Position numbers and translations under genes: made by a program
Notes under the pieces: generated by a model
The model's database searches: none
What the model was told of the DNA's origin: nothing
The model's input: the letters and a program-made list of their open reading frames with translations, nothing else
Shown here: piece by piece, positions 37,661 to 46,413 of the stretch
Layout: each line of letters begins with the position of its first letter
How positions within the stretch are numbered: the first letter of the stretch is position 1
Origin: a virus
Taxonomy: Duplodnaviria > Caudoviricetes
DNA length: 64,000 nucleotides
Reading direction: 5' to 3' (one strand)
Virus record (IMG/VR): IMGVR_UViG_3300042199_000463
Coordinates: 1 to 64,000 of that record

Positions 37661-37881
37661 AACCAACAGTCGGGCGAATTGTGCATTACACGAATCTCGG
37701 AGACAAGGATGGGCGCTTTCCGCCAGAACAACAGGCGGCAATTATTACGCGAGTCATTTCTGATACTAGTGTTTCTTTAAAGATTTTCTACACTAGCGGC
37801 ATGTTCGATATGGGTGATGTACCGTATTCCGAGGCATACGAGCGCGGTCATTGGTCGTGGCCTGTTTTGGAGAAACTATAA
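37657..37881 (+). CDS. Hypothetical phage protein (74 aa)
   Basis: MKPTVGRIVHY...AAIITRV...GHWSWP, a pattern I recognise as common in small phage proteins. Confidence 0.75.
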   Translation: MKPTVGRIVHYTNLGDKDGRFPPEQQAAIITRVISDTSVSLKIFYTSGMFDMGDVPYSEAYERGHWSWPVLEKL

Positions 37882-38123
37882 TGGACGAACACGATAGCCT
37901 AGCCAGCCATGCTCTAAACAACATGACTCTGAATGAGTTGGCAAATACTTATGCTGATTTGGTTTTGAAATTGCGGACGGCAAAAGAGGCGTTGGAATTC
38001 TACGCTGACGGCGCAAATTACGCAGGAAAATGCGACGACTACCAAGATCCGAATTGCCCGATATGGTCTGAGACAGACAACGATAGAGGCACCCGCGCCC
38101 GCGCTGCATTGGAGAAGTTGTGA
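37881..38123 (+). CDS. Modular small early protein (MDEHDS head + ARAALEK tail)
   Basis: Likely start is the ATG at 37881, overlapping the previous stop. Confidence 0.7.
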   Translation: MDEHDSLASHALNNMTLNELANTYADLVLKLRTAKEALEFYADGANYAGKCDDYQDPNCPIWSETDNDRGTRARAALEKL

Positions 38124-38371
38124 GATTGCTTTGTTGGTTTAGTTGTGGTGCAACTAGCGCAGTTGCTACGAAGTTAGCTTTGTCTGACTGGCAAGGTGAG
38201 ACTGTTGTTGCTTATTGCGATACTGGCGGCGGCGGATCTCGAAATACAGGAGATTACAGCCGGTGCTGTATGAATAATGCTTATCGCGGATGCCCCTTTC
38301 CGCTACCAATATTTGATGAAGGAATAGCGAAACAGCGACGAAAAGATGGATTTAGGAGCGTCAGTAAATGA
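38120..38371 (+). pseudogene. Truncated PAPS-reductase-like (adenine nucleotide alpha-hydrolase) protein
   Basis: CWFSCGATSAVATKLAL...VVAYCDTG matches the family's N-terminal PP-loop, then diverges and stops at 83 aa. Confidence 0.6.
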
Positions 38372-38658
38372 CCCGCATTGACGATATTAAAAAGAGGCTG
38401 GCATTTGCTACACATGGCCCTTGGACACCGCAAGGTAAAGACGTTAGGGCGATTTACAGACACTTCGATCACATGGTTTGTTTAGCTTCGACCGAGCTGA
38501 ATGCTCAACTAATCGCCCACGCTCCCTCAGATTTGCAGTACCTACTTGACCGGGTTGAGAAGTTGGAGGCGGTGGTTGAGCAAGCAAAGAAAGTTATTGA
38601 TGACTACGCTGACCCGCACGCATTATACGAACTAAAACAACTATTGGAACAACCATGA
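38368..38658 (+). CDS. Ead/Ea22-like early protein (96 aa)
   Basis: LAFATHGPW...NAQLIAHAP signature. Confidence 0.65.
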   Translation: MTRIDDIKKRLAFATHGPWTPQGKDVRAIYRHFDHMVCLASTELNAQLIAHAPSDLQYLLDRVEKLEAVVEQAKKVIDDYADPHALYELKQLLEQP

Positions 38659-38849
38659 CCCGTAATCCAAACGATCCATTAACGGCATACAGTCTGAAGC
38701 ACTACGCAGCTATTTCTGCGCTAAAAGGAATAATTGCCCATGAAGGCGCGCCAGCAAAAGATAACTTAGATTACAAATCCGTCGTGGAAAACGATGTCGC
38801 AAGAGCGATTGATTACGCAGATAAACTTGTGGAGCGATTGCGTGAATGA
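38655..38849 (+). CDS. Hypothetical early protein (64 aa), homologue at 60237-60452
   Basis: HEGAPAKDNLDYKSVVENDV shared. Confidence 0.75.
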   Translation: MTRNPNDPLTAYSLKHYAAISALKGIIAHEGAPAKDNLDYKSVVENDVARAIDYADKLVERLRE

Positions 38850-39040
38850 GTTAGAACGCCTTAAGGTAGAGCACGCAGACAAGGTACTAAATACGCTGCG
38901 TGTGGCTGTTGATTTTGGCTGGGACTTCTGCGAGACACATTCGCACGAAGAAACCTGTACCTGCCATATTGAACATTTAGAGGAATTGCTCTTATCATAT
39001 GAAGAGGCCCTACGGAGGCTAAAGCAATGAGAGGCAACCC

Positions 39041-39256
39041 ATGTCAAAAAATGAGCCAAAGACCTTAGCTGCCATCAAGATCAAGGCCACTCCTTTTTGG
39101 AGGGAGCTCATACTTGTTTCATGCTTACTACTGGCTTTTATAATGGCTATTGCGGGTTTCGCTTTTTTTCAAGTTCTGGTATGTCAGCAAGATTACCCGC
39201 ACATGGATTGGAGAAAATGTCTTGATGGACCAGAGATCAGAGCGAGCCGTATTTAA
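39041..39256 (+). CDS. Small single-pass membrane protein (71 aa)
   Basis: LILVSCLLLAFIMAIAGFAFF hydrophobic stretch. Confidence 0.6.
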   Translation: MSKNEPKTLAAIKIKATPFWRELILVSCLLLAFIMAIAGFAFFQVLVCQQDYPHMDWRKCLDGPEIRASRI

Positions 39257-39494
39257 GAAAAAAGGTAACGGGTCTTGGCGCATCTCCCATGACACAGGAT
39301 ACACAGCAATTTGCGGTATCTGTCTAAAAGCTCACGGGGTTGATGAAGGTCTTATTGGTTGTGAACGGGTCTTAGAGTTTCGTCCTTGTCCCACACATGA
39401 TGGTGTCCCCAACTGGCGCACCGCACTATCCGAGAACAGAAGAAGGTAGTGAGTGGATTAACGAGGCGGCCACTCCCGCACCAATGCGCAAGAA

Positions 39495-39545
39495 TTACTT
39501 CTTGCCGCCGCCTTTTTTTGGCTTATTCTTCTTAGCCTTGGTCAT
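39495..39545 (-). CDS. Candidate basic micropeptide MTKAKKNKPKKGGGKK
   Basis: GGGAGG 5 nt before ATG at 39545; 16 codons, 9 Lys; TAA at 39495-39497. Confidence 0.5.
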   Translation of the reverse strand: MTKAKKNKPKKGGGKK

Positions 39546-39599
39546 AAAGTCCTCCCATGACTTAGTGTGTATAAATAGAATGCAAAACTTTTTAGGAGA

Positions 39600-39839
39600 T
39601 TGCAACACATGGATACAGCGGCGAATGTCAGTGTCTTAATAGCGACCGCCTCGGTGATTGTTTTATTTGCGGGCAATGTGATCAAACACTATTTTGATCG
39701 CCATCAGATTCAGCAGGACCGCCATCAGACAGAGCTGCAAGAAATCAATAAATCTCTTGCCGTGGTGCTGCACCGTCTCGGCGAGATGGAAAAAGACATC
39801 AACGGACTTGGTACGCTTGTACGAAAAAAGCTCGTCTAG
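39600..39839 (+). CDS. Membrane-anchored coiled-coil protein (holin/XhlA-like architecture)
   Basis: One TM segment followed by a coiled coil; AGGAG upstream of the MDTAAN start. Confidence 0.5.
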   Translation: MQHMDTAANVSVLIATASVIVLFAGNVIKHYFDRHQIQQDRHQTELQEINKSLAVVLHRLGEMEKDINGLGTLVRKKLV

Positions 39840-39882
39840 CCGCCAATGCAGCTAGACGATACGACAGAAGGGAAGGATTCAA

Positions 39883-41331
39883 ATGGCTACAAATCCTATC
39901 GGCAAGACTGAGTTTGACTTTAGGGGAACGCCGTGGAAACACCAATTGACCGCTTTGGAAATGTCGAAAGAGCAGCGCGATTTTGCTTTGTTTCAAGAGA
40001 TGGGGACAGGTAAGTCATACACGGCTGTTTTGATTGCGCGGTGGAAGATGCACACGCACGGTGGCGCGATGAAGGTCTTAGTTGTGACTCCGCTTATTAC
40101 TTTGGATAACTGGGTCCGTGAGTGGACGGAGCACTCGGCACTGAAGGCTAGGGCTTTGAAAGGCTCTTCGGAGCGTGTGATTGAAGACATCAAAACGGCT
40201 AAAGAGAAAGTGCTAGTAATAAACTACGAAAAGCTTCACGCCAAAAAGGGCGAGCTTTTGGCGGCACTGAAGGAATGGTGCCCTGATATCCTTATCGGGG
40301 ATGAAATCCATAAGTGTAAAGATCCAAAGACCTCCCGAAGCAAAGCCATGTTTGAACTTTCTAAGATAGCTAAACATCGCATCATCATGACCGGAACACC
40401 TATCCTAAATTCACCTATGGATATTTTTGGGCAGTTTAAGATTTTGGATCAAGGTGCGAGTTTTGGTTTAAATTTTTTTACTTTTCGCAACAAATATTTT
40501 TTTGATGCAAACCGCTCAATGCCTACGCATATAAAATTTCCTAATTGGAAACCTTATCCTTCTACAATCGATAAAATTTCAAAGATTATTTCAAAAAAGT
40601 CCATTCAGGCGAAAAAGAAAGATTGCCTTGATCTTCCTCCATTGGTACGAAAGACCATAAGCATCGAACTTTCCGCCGAGCAGAAGAAGGCTTATCTTGA
40701 GGTCGAGCGTGACCTCGTGACGTACATCGGCGGATCGGTTGCGATGGCGAATATTGCGCTTGTTAAGGCGCTGCGTCTTATGCAGATCGCATCTGGGCAT
40801 CTTTCAGTTGAGGACATCGCAGGAAAGGAGAAATCAATTCATGAGTTTTCAGATAATCCTAAAGCCTCTGCTTTGGCCGATATACTTTCTGATGTCGCTC
40901 CTCACCATAAGGTTCTCGTCTGGTGCAATTTCAAGGCAAATTATTCAGCCGTCCGAAGGGTGTGCGAAGGTCTTAAGATTCCGTCAGTCGAGATACACGG
41001 CGACGTACCGAACGCTGAGAAGTTTAAGAACATCGACCGTTTTAATAATGACCCTGCCGTGCGGGTTCTTATTGGCAATCCTCAAGCAGGTGGCATTGGG
41101 ATTAATTTGGTTGCTGCTAGTTACTCAGTTAATTTTAGCCGAAATTTTTCGCTTGAGCACGCCCTACAAAGTGAAGCTAGGAACTACCGAGGCGGAAGTG
41201 AAATTCACGACAAGATCACGCAGATTGATTTGGTAGCCAAGGATACTATTGACGAAGCCGTGGCAAGGGCTTTAGCAAATAAGGAAGAGATTGGTCTCAA
41301 AGTTTTAAAGGAGATAGTTGGTGGACTATAA
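39883..41331 (+). CDS. SNF2-family helicase
   Basis: EMGTGKS, DEIH, MTGTPILN, GGIGINL, QSEARNYR motifs. Confidence 0.92.
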   Translation: MATNPIGKTEFDFRGTPWKHQLTALEMSKEQRDFALFQEMGTGKSYTAVLIARWKMHTHGGAMKVLVVTPLITLDNWVREWTEHSALKARALKGSSERVIEDIKTAKEKVLVINYEKLHAKKGELLAALKEWCPDILIGDEIHKCKDPKTSRSKAMFELSKIAKHRIIMTGTPILNSPMDIFGQFKILDQGASFGLNFFTFRNKYFFDANRSMPTHIKFPNWKPYPSTIDKISKIISKKSIQAKKKDCLDLPPLVRKTISIELSAEQKKAYLEVERDLVTYIGGSVAMANIALVKALRLMQIASGHLSVEDIAGKEKSIHEFSDNPKASALADILSDVAPHHKVLVWCNFKANYSAVRRVCEGLKIPSVEIHGDVPNAEKFKNIDRFNNDPAVRVLIGNPQAGGIGINLVAASYSVNFSRNFSLEHALQSEARNYRGGSEIHDKITQIDLVAKDTIDEAVARALANKEEIGLKVLKEIVGGL

Positions 41332-41755
41332 GGATGTGACGTTATCGGATTTGAAGGGTTTGGTTGCAGAGTTGCGCGATGTTCGCTCGCAAAAGGATGG
41401 CCTAAATGCGCAGCTTTCAGAGCTAGAGAAAAACAAAAAGCGGTTAGAGGATAAGATTATCCCAATTTTAGAGCAGAGTAACTTGACGAGTTTCAATTGC
41501 GAGTTTGGTCGCGTAACCCGATCAGCAAGGTTTTCCGTCAAGTTTCCAAAGGACGATCAAGAGAAGAAAGCGGCACTTAGGGCTTATCTTGACAGCAAAG
41601 GAATTTTTGATGACAGTTGGACATTCAACCATCAGTCGTTAAATTCTTTTTACAAGGAGGAGCTAGAAGCCGCTGCGGCAAGAGGAGATGAAGATTTCGA
41701 GATTCCGGGCCTTGAGGCCACAACCGACGTAACCTTATCATTTACTAAAGGATGA
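41318..41755 (+). CDS. Coiled-coil replication/recombination accessory protein (145 aa)
   Basis: N-terminal coiled coil, FEIPGLE C-terminus; between helicase and SSB. Confidence 0.55.
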   Translation: MVDYKDVTLSDLKGLVAELRDVRSQKDGLNAQLSELEKNKKRLEDKIIPILEQSNLTSFNCEFGRVTRSARFSVKFPKDDQEKKAALRAYLDSKGIFDDSWTFNHQSLNSFYKEELEAAAARGDEDFEIPGLEATTDVTLSFTKG

Positions 41756-41758
41756 ACC

Positions 41759-42574
41759 ATGACAACCAAAGCAGTCGCAATACAGGCCACAAACCTTCCG
41801 TCAACTTTTTCAGGTGGCGGGACCATTGATACAAAAGACCTTGTTTTGCCCCGTGTAGTTTTGCGCCAGAACACCTACGAAAAAGAATACATGGCGGATT
41901 TCAATGCAGGAGACATCATCCTTCGTCCAGACAACATTGTGCTAGGAACGAAGGGCAAGCCCGCGCACTTTGTTCCAATTGGTGTAAGCAAAGTTTGGAG
42001 CATCGTTGAGATGACAAGCGGCAAGGCTAAGACAATCGGCAGCGAGCCTTTCACGCAAGAGAAAAAAGAGCTTCAATGGGAAGTGGACGGCAGGACGTTC
42101 CGCCGTGACGTGACATATAACGTGCACATGCTATTTTTGCGTGACCTTGAAGCGCAGGTAAAAATGTTTGAGCGTCTTTCAAAGGGCGAATACGTAGATC
42201 CTGATGATCTTGTTTTACCTGCCCAGATCACACTGAGCCGTTCTGCGCGTAATGCCGGAAAGACCTTGGTCACGCATTTTGAAAAGTGCCGTGTCCTCAA
42301 TAATCAGAGTCCAGCGGGCAAGATGTTTCAACTTATGTCCGTGCCGATGAAAAACGACAAAGGCAATTGGTGGGCATTTGAGATTGAAAAAGTAACTGAT
42401 CCAAAGACCAAATACACACCAGCGAATTTAGTGCCGGTTGCGAACTTTTGGGTAGAGCAAGTCGCTAGAAACAAGTACAAATCAGTAGAAGAAACCGAGA
42501 CGGTTGCGGAGGAAATAGCCGTCGAAGGTAATGGCCAAGCGAGTGAAGCTTCTACGGAAGCCATACCATTTTAA
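41759..42574 (+). CDS. Putative single-stranded DNA-binding protein
   Basis: 271 aa; DLVLPRV start, KNDKGNWWAF segment, acidic tail ending IPF. Confidence 0.7.
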   Translation: MTTKAVAIQATNLPSTFSGGGTIDTKDLVLPRVVLRQNTYEKEYMADFNAGDIILRPDNIVLGTKGKPAHFVPIGVSKVWSIVEMTSGKAKTIGSEPFTQEKKELQWEVDGRTFRRDVTYNVHMLFLRDLEAQVKMFERLSKGEYVDPDDLVLPAQITLSRSARNAGKTLVTHFEKCRVLNNQSPAGKMFQLMSVPMKNDKGNWWAFEIEKVTDPKTKYTPANLVPVANFWVEQVARNKYKSVEETETVAEEIAVEGNGQASEASTEAIPF

Positions 42575-42579
42575 AGGGG

Positions 42580-42936
42580 TTGAGGATGATGACTGAAGTT
42601 GCGGAGCAGACGGTGCAGTTGAATGGTACGATTTTGAAGAAGACAAAACCAAAGACGAAAAAGAAGAAAACGGCTAAAAAGACGACAGAACAAAAGTCTG
42701 AAATTTCGGCTGGGGCAATTAAAAAGCGTCTTCAACAACGGCCATACAACGTCATTTTAACCGGCGCGAATGACGCTTTTGTCACTAGCCTTTGCAAGAA
42801 CTCGAACAGAAGCCGTGCGGCAGTTTTAAACGCTTGCGTAGATTTAGCGCGTGAGCAGGATTTGAAACTGTCGTACTGTATCCCGCCAGTGGTGCAGAAG
42901 TGGTTAAAAAAGACGAACAAAAAATTAGCGATGTAG
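42580..42936 (+). CDS. Basic putative DNA-binding (RHH-like) protein
   Basis: Lys-rich N-half; NRSRAAVLNACVD helix. Confidence 0.45.
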   Translation: MRMMTEVAEQTVQLNGTILKKTKPKTKKKKTAKKTTEQKSEISAGAIKKRLQQRPYNVILTGANDAFVTSLCKNSNRSRAAVLNACVDLAREQDLKLSYCIPPVVQKWLKKTNKKLAM

Positions 42937-44741
42937 TTCCAAGTTCTGTTGCTGTGAGTAATGTGGCTGTGGTGATGGAAGGATTGAGGGGGATTTTAGA
43001 GTCCCCCTCAATTTCTTTGGACACAGAAACAACGGGACTGCGGCCCTATCATGGTGCGCGATTTTTCTCGGTAATCATCGCCGATGGAAAGTCTGTTGCG
43101 TATTTGAATTTTCATCCTGAGCACCCCGATGTGTTCGACACAAAAGTGCTTGCAGAGCTTTTGCGTGCCTTCGTGGGCACGATATACATGCACAACGCCA
43201 AGTTCGATATGCACATGCTGAGAGCGTCTGGGATTGAATTAAATCCTTTGGCGCATATCCACTGCACTGCCGCAATTGGTAGGGTGTGTTATTCCGCACT
43301 TCCTTCCTACAGCCTAGAGTACTGCGCCAAGTACTTTTGCGGAGAGGACAAGGACGACAAGGTTAAAGAGTACATTCTTAAAAACGGTCTTTGGGAGTGG
43401 GAGACCGTACCCGGAAAAAAATCACGCAGCAAAAACCTTCATTACGACCGTGTGCCCTATGAGCTCATCCGCCCCTATGCTGAGCAGGATGCGCGTATTA
43501 CATGGAAGCTAGGTGAGAAGCAGCGCGCAATTTTAAAGGAGCGGGATGAAAAGCGTGATCCAAAATATCCGTCAATTATGCAGGTGTATGAGAACGAGTG
43601 CGCGCTAACGAAAGTGCTTTTTGAGATGGAATCCCATGGCGTGCTCATTGACCGCACCTTTTGCGAGCGGGCGCTGGAGTATGAGCTAAAACGTATGTCG
43701 GATGCAGAAAAACTTTTTGAAGCTGCGACAGGCAAGACGTTTAAGGCTTCGGGAAAATTATTCGCAGAAATTTTTGACGGCGAAAAATTTGAGTATACCG
43801 ACAAAGGTAATCCAACCTTTGAGTCAGACGTATTGAAAAAGTTTTCCTCTCCCGTCGCAGAGACTATTTTAGAGTACCGTGACGCTAAATCAAATTCCAA
43901 CTACTACGCAGGATTTTTGTATCAGGCCGATTCTGATGATGTGGTGCATACATCATTTAATCAAAATGGTGCCTCTACGGGGAGATTTTCGAGCCAAAAT
44001 CCAAACCTCCAAAATTTGCGAAAAGACGAAGACGACGACTTGAAAGCAGAGTTTGTTCCAAGGCGCGCATTTATTCCTCGTGAAGGGCACTATTTTGCGA
44101 TGCTTGACTACGATGCGATGGAATACCGTCTTATGATGGACTATGCGCAAGCGCACGGATTAATTTCTCAGGTGAAAGACGGCAAAGATGTACACTCTGC
44201 GACAGCCGAGCTCGCTGGAGTAACACGTGCACAAGCGAAGACCATTAACTTCACAACGCTTTACGGTGGTGGTGCTGGCCTTATTGGAGAAAGGCTTGGC
44301 ATCACAAAATTCGCCGCGCAAGATTTGATGGATAAAATTTTTTCCGCTTCCCCTGAGATTCCACGATTTATCGCGCAGGTAAAAGCGCGCAGCGAAATTA
44401 GAGGCGTGGTTGTAAATTGGTTTGGCCGTGTCACGAGCAACAGAGACAAATCCTACGCCGCAGTAAATTATTTAATTCAAGGCGGATGTGCGGATGTGAT
44501 GAAGCTTGCTATGGTGCGGATTGCGGAGTTTTTGCAGAGTAAGAAGACGAAAATGGTTTTGACGATTCACGATGAACTTGTGTTTGAGATCCCATATGGC
44601 GAGGCCGGTATTGAAAATGAGCTTCGGGATATCATGGAAAAAACGTATCCCGCTAGATTGATTTCTCTCACTAGCGGGATAGAGCATTCCACACGCAGCT
44701 TGGCTGATAAGATTGAGGGGCTACTACCTACTCGACAATAA
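42900..44741 (+). CDS. polA: Phage DNA polymerase, family A, with 3'-5' exonuclease
   Basis: DTETTG, HNAKFD exonuclease motifs; SSQNPNLQN, LDYDAMEYR (A), RAQAKTINFTTLYG (B), TIHDELV (C); true start may be slightly downstream. Confidence 0.95.
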   Translation: MVKKDEQKISDVVPSSVAVSNVAVVMEGLRGILESPSISLDTETTGLRPYHGARFFSVIIADGKSVAYLNFHPEHPDVFDTKVLAELLRAFVGTIYMHNAKFDMHMLRASGIELNPLAHIHCTAAIGRVCYSALPSYSLEYCAKYFCGEDKDDKVKEYILKNGLWEWETVPGKKSRSKNLHYDRVPYELIRPYAEQDARITWKLGEKQRAILKERDEKRDPKYPSIMQVYENECALTKVLFEMESHGVLIDRTFCERALEYELKRMSDAEKLFEAATGKTFKASGKLFAEIFDGEKFEYTDKGNPTFESDVLKKFSSPVAETILEYRDAKSNSNYYAGFLYQADSDDVVHTSFNQNGASTGRFSSQNPNLQNLRKDEDDDLKAEFVPRRAFIPREGHYFAMLDYDAMEYRLMMDYAQAHGLISQVKDGKDVHSATAELAGVTRAQAKTINFTTLYGGGAGLIGERLGITKFAAQDLMDKIFSASPEIPRFIAQVKARSEIRGVVVNWFGRVTSNRDKSYAAVNYLIQGGCADVMKLAMVRIAEFLQSKKTKMVLTIHDELVFEIPYGEAGIENELRDIMEKTYPARLISLTSGIEHSTRSLADKIEGLLPTRQ

Positions 44742-45153
44742 ACGACAACGCCGTTAAGTCTTCGGGTGTGAGCCCTACCTTCGCTAAGTCATCGAGGGAT
44801 AGCTTCCCTGATGGTAGCACAATTTCAGCCTCGGAATCCATAAATCCGCCCAGTGCGGTTGTCCATGCCGCCAGATTTGCGTCTGGGATCTCAAATGTTC
44901 CGACCTGACCGTCTTTTTCTTTGATGCTTCCGTTTTCATCGAGTAGAGCGTGTTCTCTTACGAGCCCTACAAATTTGTCTTGTGAGAGTTTGAATGTCTC
45001 TGCCATGACTTTTGTGACTTCAGAAACCCTTTTTACGGTTTTTATATTTGGATAGTTCGATGACTTCTCCAACTTTATCAAGGCTGGGATTACAAACTTG
45101 TTTCGTAGGGCCGACTGTTTGACATGAACCTTGTGCGCTTTGGATTTTAGCAC
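44728..45153 (-). CDS. Hypothetical protein (141 aa)
   Basis: GTG start with AAGGAG RBS; converges on the polymerase gene. Confidence 0.65.
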   Translation of the reverse strand: MLKSKAHKVHVKQSALRNKFVIPALIKLEKSSNYPNIKTVKRVSEVTKVMAETFKLSQDKFVGLVREHALLDENGSIKEKDGQVGTFEIPDANLAAWTTALGGFMDSEAEIVLPSGKLSLDDLAKVGLTPEDLTALSFIVE

Positions 45154-45451
45154 TCATTTCTCCTTCGATGAAAAGTAATCTATTTTTAGTGTCTTCCCAG
45201 TTCTCTGGGCCGACAATACCTGCGACACCGCCATTAGCTAGTATTCTTCTGAGTGTGGCTTCTTGTAGGGCTCTACTGCGCGATTTTGTTTTTACGGAGC
45301 GTTTGAGCTCAAGTGCAACGAAGATGCCGTGGATGCACCCGATGATGTCTGGAATACCAATGAGTGATCTCTCATTGGTTTTAATAAACCAAGAGTTTGG
45401 AAGCGAGCCCAAAAACTTGAGCACTTTTTTCTGAAAGTCTTTTTCTAGCAT
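45020..45451 (-). CDS. VRR-NUC domain nuclease of phage 1
   Basis: MLEKDFQKKV...GIPDIIG...VALELKR...LQ...GG (PD-(D/E)xK); C-terminus overlaps the next gene. Confidence 0.85.
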   Translation of the reverse strand: MLEKDFQKKVLKFLGSLPNSWFIKTNERSLIGIPDIIGCIHGIFVALELKRSVKTKSRSRALQEATLRRILANGGVAGIVGPENWEDTKNRLLFIEGEMSAKIQSAQGSCQTVGPTKQVCNPSLDKVGEVIELSKYKNRKKGF

Positions 45452-45465
45452 AGTTGAAAAAGATA

Positions 45466-45720
45466 CTAGCCTATGAAACTGCAAGGCTCAAGCGAAGAAG
45501 ATTTGTACATGTTTTTGTAGAGTGTGTACGGTGAAATCATTTCGGAGGGCAGAGGAGAGTAAAAAAACTCTGGTCTTACTTCTTGGATTTTAGGTGCGAT
45601 TTCAGTGCAGAGGTATGCTTTATTGCTACCAAATTTTGATCTTGCTGGCATTGGCTGGCCTGTAAGTCGCTGCTTGATGGCGTGATAACCAAATTCTGGC
45701 AATAGGCTCCAATCATATTC
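45466..45720 (-). pseudogene. C-terminal half of a permuted papain-like amidase (YiiX/YaeF-like), cut by the repeat edge
   Basis: EYDWSLLPEFGYHAIKQRL...AYLCTEIA; the frame enters from the repeat at 45721 and hits a TAG about 36 nt upstream; no N-terminal His half. Confidence 0.55.
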
Positions 45721-45906
45721 TGCGCCACCAAAAATGTCCAGACAAAAGTCAGCCTATAAATGGCACCATAGGATGCGCGTAACTCCATGACAAGATAAGA
45801 TGACTTATTGTTCCTTCAGTGCCGCCTTCTGTGTAGGCATACACGTCGTATAGCGCAAGAACAACGATAGTAACCATGACAACGACAGATATAAGTTTTC
45901 GAATGT

Positions 45907-46413
45907 TCATAAAGTCTCGCTCAAAGGAAGTCCAAGATAAGTTTCGATTTTATTTACGAATGCTAAGAGCCTATTAGCCGTAACGTATTTTTCGTCATAC
46001 TCAGAGGTTGGTGTCGCCCTAATACGAGTGATTGCCTCGTATAGCGAACCCGCCTGCAATGCTAGCTGAACGGAAGCCAGCTTTGTTAATACTTGTCCTG
46101 TCTTGCCTTCTGTAGTGATACCGAGAAGCACGTTTTCAGCGGCATAGTTGATCAATAGTTGATTGCCGAACTGGATTGCGTTTTTGATAACGCTAGAAAC
46201 ATAGGCATGTGCTGTGTTTGGGACGTGCGAACTAATGGCGGTTTCTACCGAAGCTTGCTCAAAAAGAGTCAAAGATACTCCAGCATGCACCGTTATATCG
46301 GTGCCTGATGTCGAGACTCCGGAGATACTCGTAGGATTAACTGCCAGGATTTCCCCAATAAGTTGCTCGGGAAGATACGAAGTGCTCCTAGTGTAAGAGT
46401 AATCTGGCATCAA
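45907..46413 (-). CDS. Hypothetical protein, copy 2 (168 aa)
   Basis: Identical to 5188-5694. Confidence 0.7.
   Translation of the reverse strand: MMPDYSYTRSTSYLPEQLIGEILAVNPTSISGVSTSGTDITVHAGVSLTLFEQASVETAISSHVPNTAHAYVSSVIKNAIQFGNQLLINYAAENVLLGITTEGKTGQVLTKLASVQLALQAGSLYEAITRIRATPTSEYDEKYVTANRLLAFVNKIETYLGLPLSETL

Larger units (their letters stand above)
5002..45720. mobile_element. Phage 1: apparently complete, circularisable 40,719-bp podovirus-like genome
   Basis: One copy each of packaging, head, tail, lysis and replication modules between the direct repeats; late operon reads 30434 down to 5002 and continues at 45720; no tape measure or sheath gene. Confidence 0.85.
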
